Shown here piece after piece: positions 51,808-64,000 of a stretch of 64,000 nucleotides of DNA. The notes under the pieces were generated by a model. That model did no database searches. It had not been told where the DNA came from and worked only from the letters and a program-made list of their open reading frames with translations. The stretch comes from Eledone cirrhosa. Its lineage: Eukaryota. The stretch lies in assembly GCA_964016885.1 (NCBI GenBank), contig OZ024753.1, positions 43,524,001-43,588,000 of the forward strand, read 5' to 3'. The position numbers were made by a program, and so were the translations under genes. Each line of letters starts with the position of its first letter. Position 1 is the first letter of the stretch.

Positions 51808-53141
51808 CCCTGTAGCATTTACATGACTCTATATATACTATTGTATTTTCACAGTAAAGGCTTTACCTCACATAATATCTCACATAGCATTTACATTACT
51901 CTTTATATACTATTGTATTTTCACAGCAAAGGCTTTACCTCACATAATATCTCACATAGCATTTACATTACTCTATATATACTATTGTATTTTCACAGTA
52001 AAAGCTTTACCTCACATAATATCTCACATAGCATTTACATTACTCTATATATACTATTGTATTGTCACAGTAAAGGCTTTACCTCACATAATATCTCACA
52101 TAACATTTACATTACTCTATATATACTATTGTATTGTCACAGTAAAGGCTTTACCTCACATAATATCTCGCATAACATTTACATTACTCTATATATACTA
52201 TTGTATTGTCACAGTAAAGGCTTTACCTCACATAATACCTCACATAACATTTACATTACTCTATATATACTATTATATTGTCACAGTAAAGGCTTTACCT
52301 CACATAATACCTCACATAACATTTACATTACTCTATATATACTATTGTATTGTCACAGTAAAGGCTTTACCTCACATAATATCTCACATAACATTTACAT
52401 TACTCTATATATACTATTGTATTTTCACAGTAAAGGCTTTACCTCACATAATACCTCACATAACATTTACATTACTCTATATATACTATTGTATTTTCAC
52501 AGTAAAGGCTTTACCTCACATAATACCTCACATAACATTTACATTACTCTATATATACTATTGTATTTTCACAGTAAAGGCTTTACCTCACATAATATCT
52601 CACATAACATTTACATTACTCTATATATACTATTGTATTGTCACAGTAAAGGCTTTACCTCACATAATATCTCACATAACATTTACATTACTCTATATAT
52701 ACTATTGTATTTTCACAGTAAAGGCTTTACCTCACATAATATCTCACATAACATTTACATTACTCTATATATACTATTGTATTTTCACAGTAAAGGCTTT
52801 ACCTCACATAATACCTCACATAACATTTACATTACTCTATATATACTATTGTATTTTCACAGTAAAGGCTTTACCTCACATAATATCTCACATAACATTT
52901 ACATTACTCTATATATACTATTATATTTTCACAGTAAAGGCTTTACCTCACATAATACCTCACATAATATCTCACATAATATCTCACATAATATCCCACA
53001 TAATATCGAATCTACAAGATGTGGATGTTATATATTTTGAGAACAATACCTTAATGTCGGTATGAGCAGCTAGTTATAGCTGGTTTGAACAGAAAGATGA
53101 GAGAATTCTGGCCGGATACGGCTGGTTTAAATGCTAAAGGG
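51808..53141 (-). mobile_element. family 1 MITE expanded by about 16 tandem copies of a 72-bp internal unit
   Basis: TTAA|CCCTGTAGCATTTAC at the left, AAATGCTAAAGGG|TTAA at the right; 72-bp period (24-aa ORF repeat). Confidence 0.93.
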
Positions 53142-53658
53142 TTAAATGGCCCCCATGATGCGTATAAAGCATGACATGGGGTACACTCCACCACCTGCTA
53201 CCCCAACAAGGCTAGCTCTTGCTCATGTTTCAATGCTTGTTTCAACAGTGTAATATATCAGTTGTAGAAATATTTCACTGACTTTCATTAACTCAGTTCA
53301 GTTTCCTGTGAACAGCTCATGGATAAACATCACTTTCTCTATTATGAATCAAACATAAAAAATGAACAGGAATTAAAATTTTAGAATGAAAATAATTATA
53401 TTTAATGAATATGAGAGTTGGTAAAAAATCAAAAAATATATGAAGAAAAGAAAAAAAAATTAGTTTTAAATATTTATATATATATTTTTTTCTAATTTTT
53501 AGTTTCAGTTTTGTTGGTTTTGTTTTGTTTTTCGAAGTTCTGTTAAATCATGACTTTGATATGTTCTCCATTTTGGTAATCAGGCACACAATCAGATGAT
53601 GTCACGACACATTATTTCTCCATACCAACCTCCTCTGTCTCTCTAGCTCTCTCTCTCT

Positions 53659-53722
<64 letters not shown>

Positions 53723-53917
53723 TTATATATATATACATCTCACACACACCCATGCTAATGACTTTGTCTCTTACTATATTTATGTTCTTTTTTAATTATA
53801 TAAATAAAAGGTGTCACATGAAACACTGCCATAAAGCCCACCTGATCACCTGATGTCATAACCACACATGATTGTAGTGTAGTGATATGAAGGTGGTTTA
53901 TATCACTACATGAGCAG

Positions 53918-54938
53918 AATATACTCTATAAAATGATAGTGTTGGTGCCACAGTAAAATGTATCTAATATACTCTATAAAATGATAGTGTTGGTGCCACA
54001 GTAAAATGTATCTAATATACTCTATAAAATGATAGTGCTGGTGTCATGACAAAATGTATCTAATATACTCTGTAAAATGGTAGTGCTGGTGTCATGATAA
54101 AATGTATCTAATATACTCTATAAAATGGTAGTGCTGGTGTCATGATAAAATGTATCTTATATACTCTGTAAAATGGTAGTGCTGGTGTCATGATAAAATG
54201 TATCTAATATACTCTATAAAATGGTAGTGCTGGTGTCATGATAAAATGTATCTAATATACTCTATAAAATGGTAGTGTTGGTGTCATGATAAAATGTATC
54301 TAATATACTCTATAAAATGGTAGTGTTGGTGTCATGATAAAATGTATCTAATATACTCTATAAAATGGTAGTGCTGGTGTCATGATAAAATGTATCTAAT
54401 ATACTCTATAAAATGGTAGTGTTGGTGTCATGATAAAATGTATCTAATATACTCTATAAAATGGTAGTGTTGGTGTCATGATAAAATGTATCTAATATAC
54501 TCTATAAAATGGTAGTGTTGGTGTCATGATAAAATGTATCTAATATACTCTATAAAATGGTAGTGCTGGTGTCATGATAAAATGTATCTAATATACTCTG
54601 TAAAATGGTAGTGTTGGTGTCATGATAAAATGTATCTAATATACTCTATAAAATGGTAGTGCTGGTGTCATGATAAAATGTATCTAATATACTCTATAAA
54701 ATGGTAGTGCTGGTGTCATGATAAAATGTATCTAATATACTCTATAAAATGGTAGAGTTGGTGTCATGATAAAATGTATCTAATATACTCTATAAAATGG
54801 TAGTGTTGGTGTCATGATAAAATGTATCTAATATACTCTATAAAATGGTAGTGTTGGTGTCATGATAAAATGTATCTAATATACTCTGTAAAATGGTAGT
54901 GCTGGTGTCATGATAAAACGTATCTAATATACTCTATA
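53918..54938. repeat. 48-bp satellite, about 21 copies, derived from a family C SINE segment
   Basis: ATACTCTATAAAATGGTAGTGTTGGTGTCATGATAAAATGTATCTAAT, homologous to the units at 28758-28890. Confidence 0.92.
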
Positions 54939-55010
54939 TGGGGTCGATAAAATAAAAATACCAGTAATACACTGGTTAATTGCTGGCCTTGTGCCAAAAG
55001 TAGAAACATT
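54939..55010 (+). mobile_element. family A SINE 3' fragment
   Basis: GGGGTCGATAAAATAAAAATACCAG..TGCTGGCCTTGTGCCAAAAGTAGAAAC. Confidence 0.8.
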
Positions 55011-55014
55011 TATC

Positions 55015-55041
55015 AGCATACACACATATAGCTTATACACA

Positions 55042-55103
<62 letters not shown>

Positions 55104-55354
55104 CATGTTTAGATACCTTCATACACCTATGTATATCAAGACACTCTACATATCAATGTTAATCTACAAAAAACACATCCTTCTACATATATATACATAC
55201 ACACACACACACATACATGTATACATATATATATATATACACATACACACACATTTATACATATATATATACATACACACACATACATGTATACATATAT
55301 ATACACACACATACATATATACATATAGACACACACACACATACACACATTTAT

Positions 55355-55409
<55 letters not shown>

Positions 55410-55990
55410 TAGATACATTTATACATATACATACACACATACACATACGTTTATACATATATATTTATATGTATACACACACATATACATGTGTACATAT
55501 ATATATATATATATTTATATGTACATACACACACACTCACATGTATACATATATATATATATATATATGTGTTTATATATATATGTGTTTATATATATAT
55601 ATATGCTTTTATGTATATATATATATATAAACATATATATATATACACACACACACATATATACATACACCAACATGTATACATATATATATGTATGTAT
55701 ATATACACACACGCACATGTATACATATATATACACACACACATGTATACATATATATATACATACACACCAACATGTATACATATATATATGTATGTAT
55801 ATAGACACACAGAAATGTATACATATACATATACACACACATGTATACATATATATATACATACACACATACATACATAGATCCAATCTTGATCCAAACA
55901 AGTAGGTTACCCAAGTAAAACTAAACTATTTACTTTACATATTTTTTTGTACATTTTACAGAAAAGGAACGTGTTTGTTTGATGTGTGAA

Positions 55991-56028
<38 letters not shown>

Positions 56029-56519
56029 TAAAATGGAAAATCCTTCTAAAAATATTATCTCTGTTCACATGACCAAAGAGTGAAAGAAAGTGATACACAC
56101 ACATATATATATATATATATAGTGTGTGTATATATATGTTTATATATATGGTTGTGTATATATATGTTTATATACACAACCATATATACACACACACAAA
56201 CATATATAAACATATATACACACACACAAACATATATAAACATATACACACACTATATATATATATAAACATATATATGCACACACACACTATATACATA
56301 CATGTGAAAGCAGCGATTCTTTGCTTAAACTTTAATCTGTTATTTTAATAAATATGTTTATATATATATAGTTGTGTATATATATATATAGTGTGTGTGC
56401 ATTTATGTTTATTTATATATATATATATTATATATATATATACAGTGTGAGTGTGTATATATGTTTATATATGTTTGTGTGTATATATATGTTTATATAT
56501 ATATGTTTGTGTGTGTATG

Positions 56520-56552
<33 letters not shown>

Positions 56553-56707
56553 ATAGTGTGTGTGTGTGTGCATATATGTTTATATATATGGTTGTGTATA
56601 TATATGTTTATATATATATAGTTGTGTATATATATATATACAGTGTGAGTGTATATATGTTTATATATGTTTGTGTGTATATATATGTTTATATATATAT
56701 GTTTGTG

Positions 56708-56748
<41 letters not shown>

Positions 56749-56952
56749 CTATATAGTGTGTGTGTGTATATGTTTATATATATATATATGTTTGTGTGTG
56801 TGTATGTATATATATATATATATATGTATGTATATAGTGTGTGTGCATATATGTTATATATAGCGTGTGTGTGTGTGTATATGTTTATATATGTTTGTGT
56901 GTGTGTATATATGTTTATATATGTTTGTGTGTGTATATATATATATATGTAT

Positions 56953-56983
<31 letters not shown>

Positions 56984-57085
56984 GAGAGAGAGAGAGTGTG
57001 TGAGAGATATATAGAGAAACAAGTAGAGAGCTGGTGGGTGGGAGGAATGGAGGAGAAATGTGTGTGTGTGTGTGTGTGTGTGTGA
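55015..57085. repeat. extended CA/TA/TG microsatellite fields
   Basis: Directly visible. Confidence 0.9.
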
Positions 57086-57849
57086 ATAAAAGAAGGTTGT
57101 AAATAAAAGACATCAACAACAAAAGACCAAAAACAAAAAATGAAATTGAAACAAAAAGCAAAAGCAAACTATGTCACATGACTGTATTGATAGCAACAGG
57201 AAAATAACTGTTTTGAGAAAAGAGAGAAAAAAATTAATATAATTTCAAACAGATAATTTAATATAAAATTTTATTTTGAACTAAACCCAACGTCAAAAAC
57301 CAAAAAACCTGAAATTTATCTCTAGGCTTGCAGTAAATATCCCTAAAGGAATATGATCTATGTGTTCCAATAGTGAAGTGAAGAAATTGTAATATTGTGT
57401 GACAGATAAACTAAAAGTATTATCAACCAACTGCCAAATAACAGCAACAGTTTTCACATCTATGTATGTATGTATGTATGTATGTATGTATGTATGTATG
57501 TATGTATGTATGTATGTATGTATGTATGTATCTACCTATCTGTCTCTACCATCTATCTGTCTGTCTGTCTGGCTGTCTACCTACTGTATATTTACCCCCC
57601 CCCCCCCATCTCTCTATATGTATATATATATATAGAGAGAGAGAGCAAACATCACGGGCACTCTATCTCAAAATTATTTTTGAAAAGCATTAGAAATGCG
57701 CAACCGGTAAAACTTAAAACCAAAGCTGAATACTAACCAATACTTTTACTAATTTTTACTTATTCCTAATTAAACTATTTTTCACTGGGAACAATTTGTC
57801 ACCATTTTCTTTTCCTTTTACCAATATATATATATATATATATATCATT

Positions 57850-58037
57850 TTCATTTTCATTTCCTTTTACGTCCGCTTTTTCCCTGCTTGCAAGGGTGGG
57901 ACGGGAACTGATTCTGGCTTGATTTCTACAGCAGGATGCCCTTCCTAACACCAACCTCATTTCTCAGTGAGTGCTGGGTGCTTTTTTGCCGTGGCGCCTA
58001 CACGTCCACTTTGCAGTGGAATGATAGGGAACCCAGT

Positions 58038-58040
<3 letters not shown>
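57850..58040 (-). mobile_element. family C SINE 3' part
   Basis: Reverse complement of about 14058-14235. Confidence 0.8.
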
Positions 58041-58085
<45 letters not shown>

Positions 58086-58261
58086 AGAATTGAGTGCTGC
58101 GTGGTTGCACATGGGTTACATATGAATAAAATTAGTCCTTCATCAGTGATTTTCCAACTTTCATTGGTATTTCATCGCTTTAAAAATCATATACCTCTAG
58201 TTGGTGCGAGCAATAGCTAAATAAAGCTATTGGGACAAGTAATATAGCTAAAACGATAGTT

Positions 58262-58293
<32 letters not shown>

Positions 58294-58298
<5 letters not shown>

Positions 58299-58490
58299 GT
58301 AGTAACATGACAGTTCTCCATGTCGAGAACAAATGTTTCATGTTATGCGGATCTTCAGCTCGGACTGAGTCTGGCTGTACGGACAAGGAAAAACAACCGA
58401 CTAACTGTCGTGTTACCACTTCTACCAAACTCGTCCCATGGACTGAGTGCTCTACTACTACGGATATAACCCTCCAGTGTTCTACCTTTA
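58294..58490. mobile_element. fold-back element P3 with a degenerate hammerhead core on the minus strand
   Basis: Arms TAGAAGTAGTAACATGACAGTT (58294-58315) / AACTGTCGTGTTACCACTTCTA (58403-58424); minus strand CGAG-CTGAAGA..GAAA-CATTTG-TT-CTCG; tail ACTCGTCCCATGGACTGAGTGC. Confidence 0.55.
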
Positions 58491-58984
58491 TACATATATA
58501 TCTGCCCCAACCATTCATCCGTACATCTATCTATCAACACATTATATACATGCAGGTATGGCTGTGTGGTAAAGGCAGACACTATGTAACCACATGGTAC
58601 CAAGTCCAGTTACACCATGAACCATCTTAGGCTGACTGTATCACAACCTTGATGTAGTTGATAATATCAACCTCTGTAATGATTCCATCTTTTTTTCAAA
58701 TCTGGTATTTATTTTATCGATCTTTCCTCGTTGATCATCACCAGGCTATTGTACAAGATACTTGCTCAAACTGTTATGTGGTTATAAAATGAACTTCTTT
58801 ACCAGAAAGTCATTACTGTACATTTACATTCAGATATCTTACAAAATATTAATGTTGTGGTTATTTTATTGCTGGCTATCTGATATCAATTATGGTGAGG
58901 TTTATTTCTTCTAAAAAGATATCCAGTTAAATATCTATTGCCAACGTACAAATTTAATATTTATACAATACTACACTATGATCT

Positions 58985-59125
58985 AGCTGAGGATGACAAG
59001 GCAAGACCTATATCTGACAACATAAACAGAAATCCCTCTGACCTGCTAGATACAATAAACAATAGAACTAGATAGCGACAGAGAGTCAAGGGAATCTGTG
59101 TAAGCAGTGTGACCTATTGATTGAT
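58985..59125 (+). pseudogene. old RTE-clade 3' end remnant
   Basis: KTYI*Q...DLLDTINNRTR*RQRVKGICVSSVT followed by a (TTGA)n tail. Confidence 0.5.
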
Positions 59126-59717
59126 TCATTTTATATCCCACTGTTATTAATACTACAAGAAAGAGATGATGTGCCAAATCTCACCAGATACAAACTAAAA
59201 ATCTTTATTTAACTCTTTTATTCTTTTTTTTTTGTTTTTTGTCCAGTCTCCAAAATTTGGCTCCCTATTTCTCATCTTCATTGCATTATTTATAGCTAAA
59301 TTTGATGCTGCTTCATAAGTATTATACATTATTATACAGTGTTAACTATTAAAAACTTGTACCACACAAAGTCACACAATAGCAAGACATTCTTAAAAAG
59401 TACAAAATGGTACTGTGACTGCATCACATTAAAATGTTGTTACTTAACTTCAAATTTTCACAGTGATCGCTCCTCTAGAAAACATTTGAATCAAATCAGT
59501 TTTTAATGCATTTTCTTCTAAATAATTAGGTGTTAAGAGTTACTTTCCAAATAGTCTTGTTGTAGTAATTTTACCATTTTTTATTTTTCTTGCGAATCCT
59601 GAATGCAAGAACAGCTCCTTCTTAGAGCCATAATATTAACTCTTAACATACTGCAATGATTTAGCAGAAAATATCTAAAAACAGGTTTGTTAATTCCAAT
59701 GTTTGTTGTGTCGTTAC

Positions 59718-59969
59718 TCACAAAATCTCTCCACCAATTCTTTTGTGAGACATTCTAAACACATATCCATCAGATCGGAGCTGTGATCTCTCAATTTGGA
59801 GATGTAGTGCTTCTATATAGAATGACTGTCTGATCTCTGAGATACTCTATCGAGTAATGTTTTAAAAAAACATTTTGGTCATTTGTATTTGTGATTGTAA
59901 TCTTTTGGTCATTACCCAAGATTCATGATCATATGTAAGGGTTGGCACGAATACTGAATTGAAGATTTC
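59718..59969 (-). pseudogene. decayed RTE-clade (Rex3/Expander-like) fragment
   Basis: EIFNSVFVPTLTYDHESWVMTKRLQSQIQ...SEIRQSFYIEALHLQIERSQLRSDGYVFRM. Confidence 0.8.
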
Positions 59970-60512
59970 AAATAATTAATTTTGTCTCTATTTCCTGAAA
60001 TCATCATCATCATCATCATCATCATCTCCATTTAACGTCCATTTTTCCACGCTGGCTTGGGTTAGACGATATATGGTAAATTTCAGTTTGTTTTTTCTTT
60101 GCTATAACAAAAGGAGGAATATTTGAAATTATGCTTTTCTGTCCAAAGAACATTAACACATAACATGGCATATATACTGCTTTTGAGAATCCTATTCCTC
60201 TGAAATTGATCTTGGTTATTCTGTTGCAATAGATTGGCAATATTCCTGCTGCTATTGTGTGCCAGATAATATTTAAATACCTATAAAAATAACATCGTAT
60301 CGAGTTAACTTGGGAATATTGTAACATTAGAATATGTTTTGTTAACATTCAGTCGTAGAATGAAAGTATGGAAATCCCAGTAATAGAATATCATTGCTGG
60401 ATGTCCATTGGTTAGAATGGTGTGTGCGCCAGATGCTTTGATCAGTGGAACTGTCTACTTTTGAAATTAAAGTTCAAGTGACTGAGCATTCTACAAACAT
60501 GCTTACTATTAA

Positions 60513-60731
60513 CCCTTTAGCATTTACATTACTCAATATCTACTATGGTATTTTCACGGTAAAGGCTTTATCTCAGAATTATCTCACATAATATCGAATC
60601 TATGAGATTTTGATATTATTTATTTTGAGAAAAATACCTTAACATAAGTATAAGTGGCCTGTTATGGCAAGTTTGAACTGAAAGAGGTGAGAGAATTCTG
60701 GCCAGATAAGGCTGGTTTAAATGCTAAAGTG
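60513..60731 (-). mobile_element. family 1 MITE
   Basis: TTAA flanks and TIRs. Confidence 0.88.
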
Positions 60732-61034
60732 TTAATGTCGTTCTCAATGGAAGATTCAACATGACACAGTAAGTGTGACAAGGTTCCCCATTGAATTACT
60801 GGTACAACGCATTCTTTTTTTCATCAGAGTTGACTGGAACAGCATGAGATGTCTTGTTTAAGGATATGATATGCCACTAGGAGTTGAACTCATGACCTTC
60901 CAATCATAAACTAAGCACACTGACCACTAAGTCTCATCATGACTTTACACTAAAATATACATAATGAATACATATTCAGAAAATTAATAGAAGGGAGAAT
61001 TCTTGACAATATCACACGTCTGTTTCATAGGGTT

Positions 61035-61260
61035 GTGAAGATGCATAGCTTAGTGGTTAAAGAGTTGAGTTTGCAGTTGTGAGGTTGATTCCCTGACCAG
61101 GTGATACATTATGTACTTGACTTTATTTCACATTGCTCTTTCTGTCAGGTGTTGTAACCAGTAGATATCAGCAATGGAAAGACCAATGGAAACGTTGTTT
61201 CCTTGGCATAATTTAATGAAATCTACTCCACATGGTAAGCAAATGAGGTCTGGGATATTG
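61035..61260 (+). mobile_element. family B SINE
   Basis: TAGCTTAGTGG A-box; GACCAATGGAAACGTTGTTTCCTTGG body. Confidence 0.72.
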
Positions 61261-62099
61261 TATGTAGTTGTAGTTCCATAGATTAGTCATTACATTTATT
61301 TCTTCTCTATTTGTAAGATAAATGGCAATGATTTCTTAAGGCAGATGTAGTTTGCTATAGCCTTCTATTATTTAATAATCCTTGCACTTGAGAAAATGGA
61401 ATTGTTATTGAATAAACACTTGTAAAGTGATAGGCTTATGGTGATAAAGGTTTCAACGTATCCTTAGAGAAGATACTCAACTTGAATTATATCAATTCAG
61501 GAAAGTTAAAATGAGGTGCTAGTTCACCTATGACAGAGTTAACAAGCAACACATTATTTCTGATATAGATATAGAAATCCAGCCAATAATACTGGTTCAT
61601 ATATTTACTCCTTGAAACAAGAAGCTCTGGTTATTTATTCCTCTCTCTCTCTCTCTCTCTCTCTCCCCCCTCTCTCTCTTTCTCTCTATGTGTGTGTGTG
61701 TAAACATATATATATGTAAACATATATGTGTGTGTATATGTATATTAATAAAAGAATTTGGTAATAGATTTCTTATCGGAAGTAAATAAAGAGTTGATCA
61801 TTGTTAAAGGCCTTGCTTAATTTGAAACTGGCTTCGTTCCAAATTGTATGCCAATAAAAGCTCTGATCTATCATACTGTCAGTTGGCCACAGAATTAAAA
61901 GGTGATCTTAAATGAAGTCACTTTAGACAAACGACTATTTGAGCTGATTTATCACTGATTTGCTTCCAAGAAAATGTTGGCTTTGGATTATTTCGTATTG
62001 CTAACAAAATTCTAGGTGTGTATCTTTTAAGAGTCTAACTGGAATTAAAATTGAGATAAATTTTTGTGATTTTTTTTTTTTTTTTCTTTTGTATTATCA

Positions 62100-62205
62100 T
62101 CATTGGCAGAATCGATGGAGTGTCGGGTGCCATCCTTTGCAGCATAGAGTTACGGCCCTTTATGATCTGAATTCAAATCCTGCCGCGGTTAACTTTGCCT
62201 TTCAA
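62100..62205 (+). mobile_element. family A SINE 5' half
   Basis: TTGGCAGAATCG..GAATTCAAATCC..GGTTAACTTTGCCTTTCA. Confidence 0.75.
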
Positions 62206-62424
62206 AGGGTCTTAACGTTTTGAACGCTAGTCTTTCATCAGAAGAAAGAATGAGAAATAAGATAGATTGAGGGGACGGGCGGGTTGGAATTTTGAAAAAA
62301 TCTCTTTAGATAAAAATAACAGGTCCATTCATGTTAACATCTCTTGCAAAACTGTTGGTGCTGGCGTTTTGTGTATGATTTATTTTTTTTAGAAAAGTGA
62401 TATATTTATATATGTAATAATAAA

Positions 62425-62613
62425 TAATAATTGTTTCTACGTTAGGCACAAGGCCAGCAAATGCCCAGTACATTACTGGTACTTTATTTTATCGACCCCG
62501 TAAGGATGAAAGGCAAAGTTAACCTCGGCGGGATTTGAACTCAGACTGTAAAGGGACGTAACTATGCTAGAAAGCATGGCATTTGACCCTCTACCGGTAC
62601 TGCCAATCCACCA
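62425..62613 (-). mobile_element. family A SINE, full length, abutting a short CR1 tail (62615-62648)
   Basis: Colinear with other copies. Confidence 0.85.
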
Positions 62614-63059
62614 CAATAATGAAATTATTGTGTACAGTGCTCAGGTGTATATGGATGGCCAAAAAAACCCCACCAAATTATAACTGGCTGACCAAAAGGA
62701 TAGCAAATTATATCTGGTCAACGATTCTTGTGTTTATGACTGCGCTATAGTTATCACACTTAACTTTCTGTAAGTTACACAATGCTATAATTTACTGTTA
62801 AACAATAGTGCTATCAAAGTGTGGGATTTCGAGATAATTGGAATACTTATTGATATTCTCCAGAGAGAGAATGACAATAAATTATGGGACCATTTTATGA
62901 TCCGATATATCCATTTATAAGCTATTTTAACATATTCCCAGGAGATGGAGCACTAATTTACAACTAATAGGTGAACAAGGAAATTAGGAGGCCTTAGGTG
63001 ATTACTTAATTTGCTAGAATTAACAGCCAAATTTCTCTTTAATTACCCTCTCACACTCT

Positions 63060-63152
63060 GTATGTTTGTGAATGTATGTATGTATATATATATACATAAC
63101 TTTCTCTGTATGTATGTCCTCATATATTCATATATATATATATATGTGTGTG

Positions 63153-63187
<35 letters not shown>

Positions 63188-63720
63188 ATATATATGTGTG
63201 TGTGTGTATATGTGTGTGTGTGTATATATATATATGTGTGTGTATATGTGTGTGTGTGTATATATATATATGGGTGTATATATATATATATATATATATA
63301 CACATGTATATATATATGTGTGTGTGTGTGTGTATATATATACACATGTATATATATGTGTGTGTGTATATATATACACATGTATGTATATATATGTGTG
63401 TGTATATATATACACATGTATATATATATATGTGTGTGTGTGTATATATATACACATGTATGTATATATATGTGTGTATATATATACACATGTATGTATA
63501 TATATGTGTGTGTATATATATACACATGTATGTATATATATGTGTGTGTGTATATATATACACATGTATATATATATATGTGTGTGTGTATATATATACA
63601 CATGTATATATATATATGTGTGTGTGTATATATATACACATGTATATATATATGTGTGTGTGTGTGTATGCATATATATATATGTATAATAACTTTCTCT
63701 GTGTGTGTCTATTTGTATAT
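63060..63720. repeat. TA/TG microsatellite with TATACACATGTA higher-order units
   Basis: Directly visible. Confidence 0.92.
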
Positions 63721-64000
63721 GGCGCTTGTATGCATAGTTATCAGTTTAACAATTTAGCTAGTTCACTCTCTGACCTAGACTGGGGCTTAATTTATCAATG
63801 TTGCATGGGTGAAAAAGTTAACCTCAGCAGTATTTGAACTTAAAACTGTGTGGGCCCACAGTATATACCACATATCATTACATCTAATGCTCTAATGCTT
63901 CTACCAATCAGCCACTTTATTGACAATAGTGATTGGCAGTATCAGTAAAGGGTCGGACGCCATGCCTTCTAGCATAGAGTTACGTCTCTTTATGGACTGA

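Noticed and set aside
51823-53040. 405-aa repetitive ORF
   Set aside because: Lies wholly inside a tandemly expanded MITE
60022-60348. ILPIY..INFRGIGF resembling the RT NYRGI motif
   Set aside because: Similarity too short and degenerate to call without a search

Overview
AT-rich animal genomic DNA, almost entirely intronic or intergenic. The density of (TA)n/(CA)n/(TACA)n microsatellites and the SINE/LINE repertoire suggest a coleoid cephalopod (octopus-like); this is an inference. No intact protein-coding gene is visible. Nearly all long ORFs in the track come from simple repeats, and the few protein-like ones are decayed 3' fragments of RTE, CR1 and R4/Dong non-LTR retrotransposons. One plausible terminal coding exon lies on the minus strand (16436-16523). 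The window holds tRNA-derived SINEs (Meta-domain, CORE-type, Ceph-like and V-domain types), 10 copies of a TTAA-flanked piggyBac-type MITE and a hAT MITE with an 8-bp TSD. Main points of interest: (1) two well-formed minimal type I hammerhead ribozyme motifs plus degenerate ones, and a set of microsatellite-embedded fold-back elements sharing an ACTC..TGAGTRC tail, probably Penelope-like remnants; (2) repeated conversion of short TE segments into tandem arrays, including about 25 copies of a SINE 5' head enclosed by that SINE's own TSD; (3) many long inverted repeats, including a 2.1-kb palindrome with 600-bp arms around an RTE insertion that has a 5' inversion.
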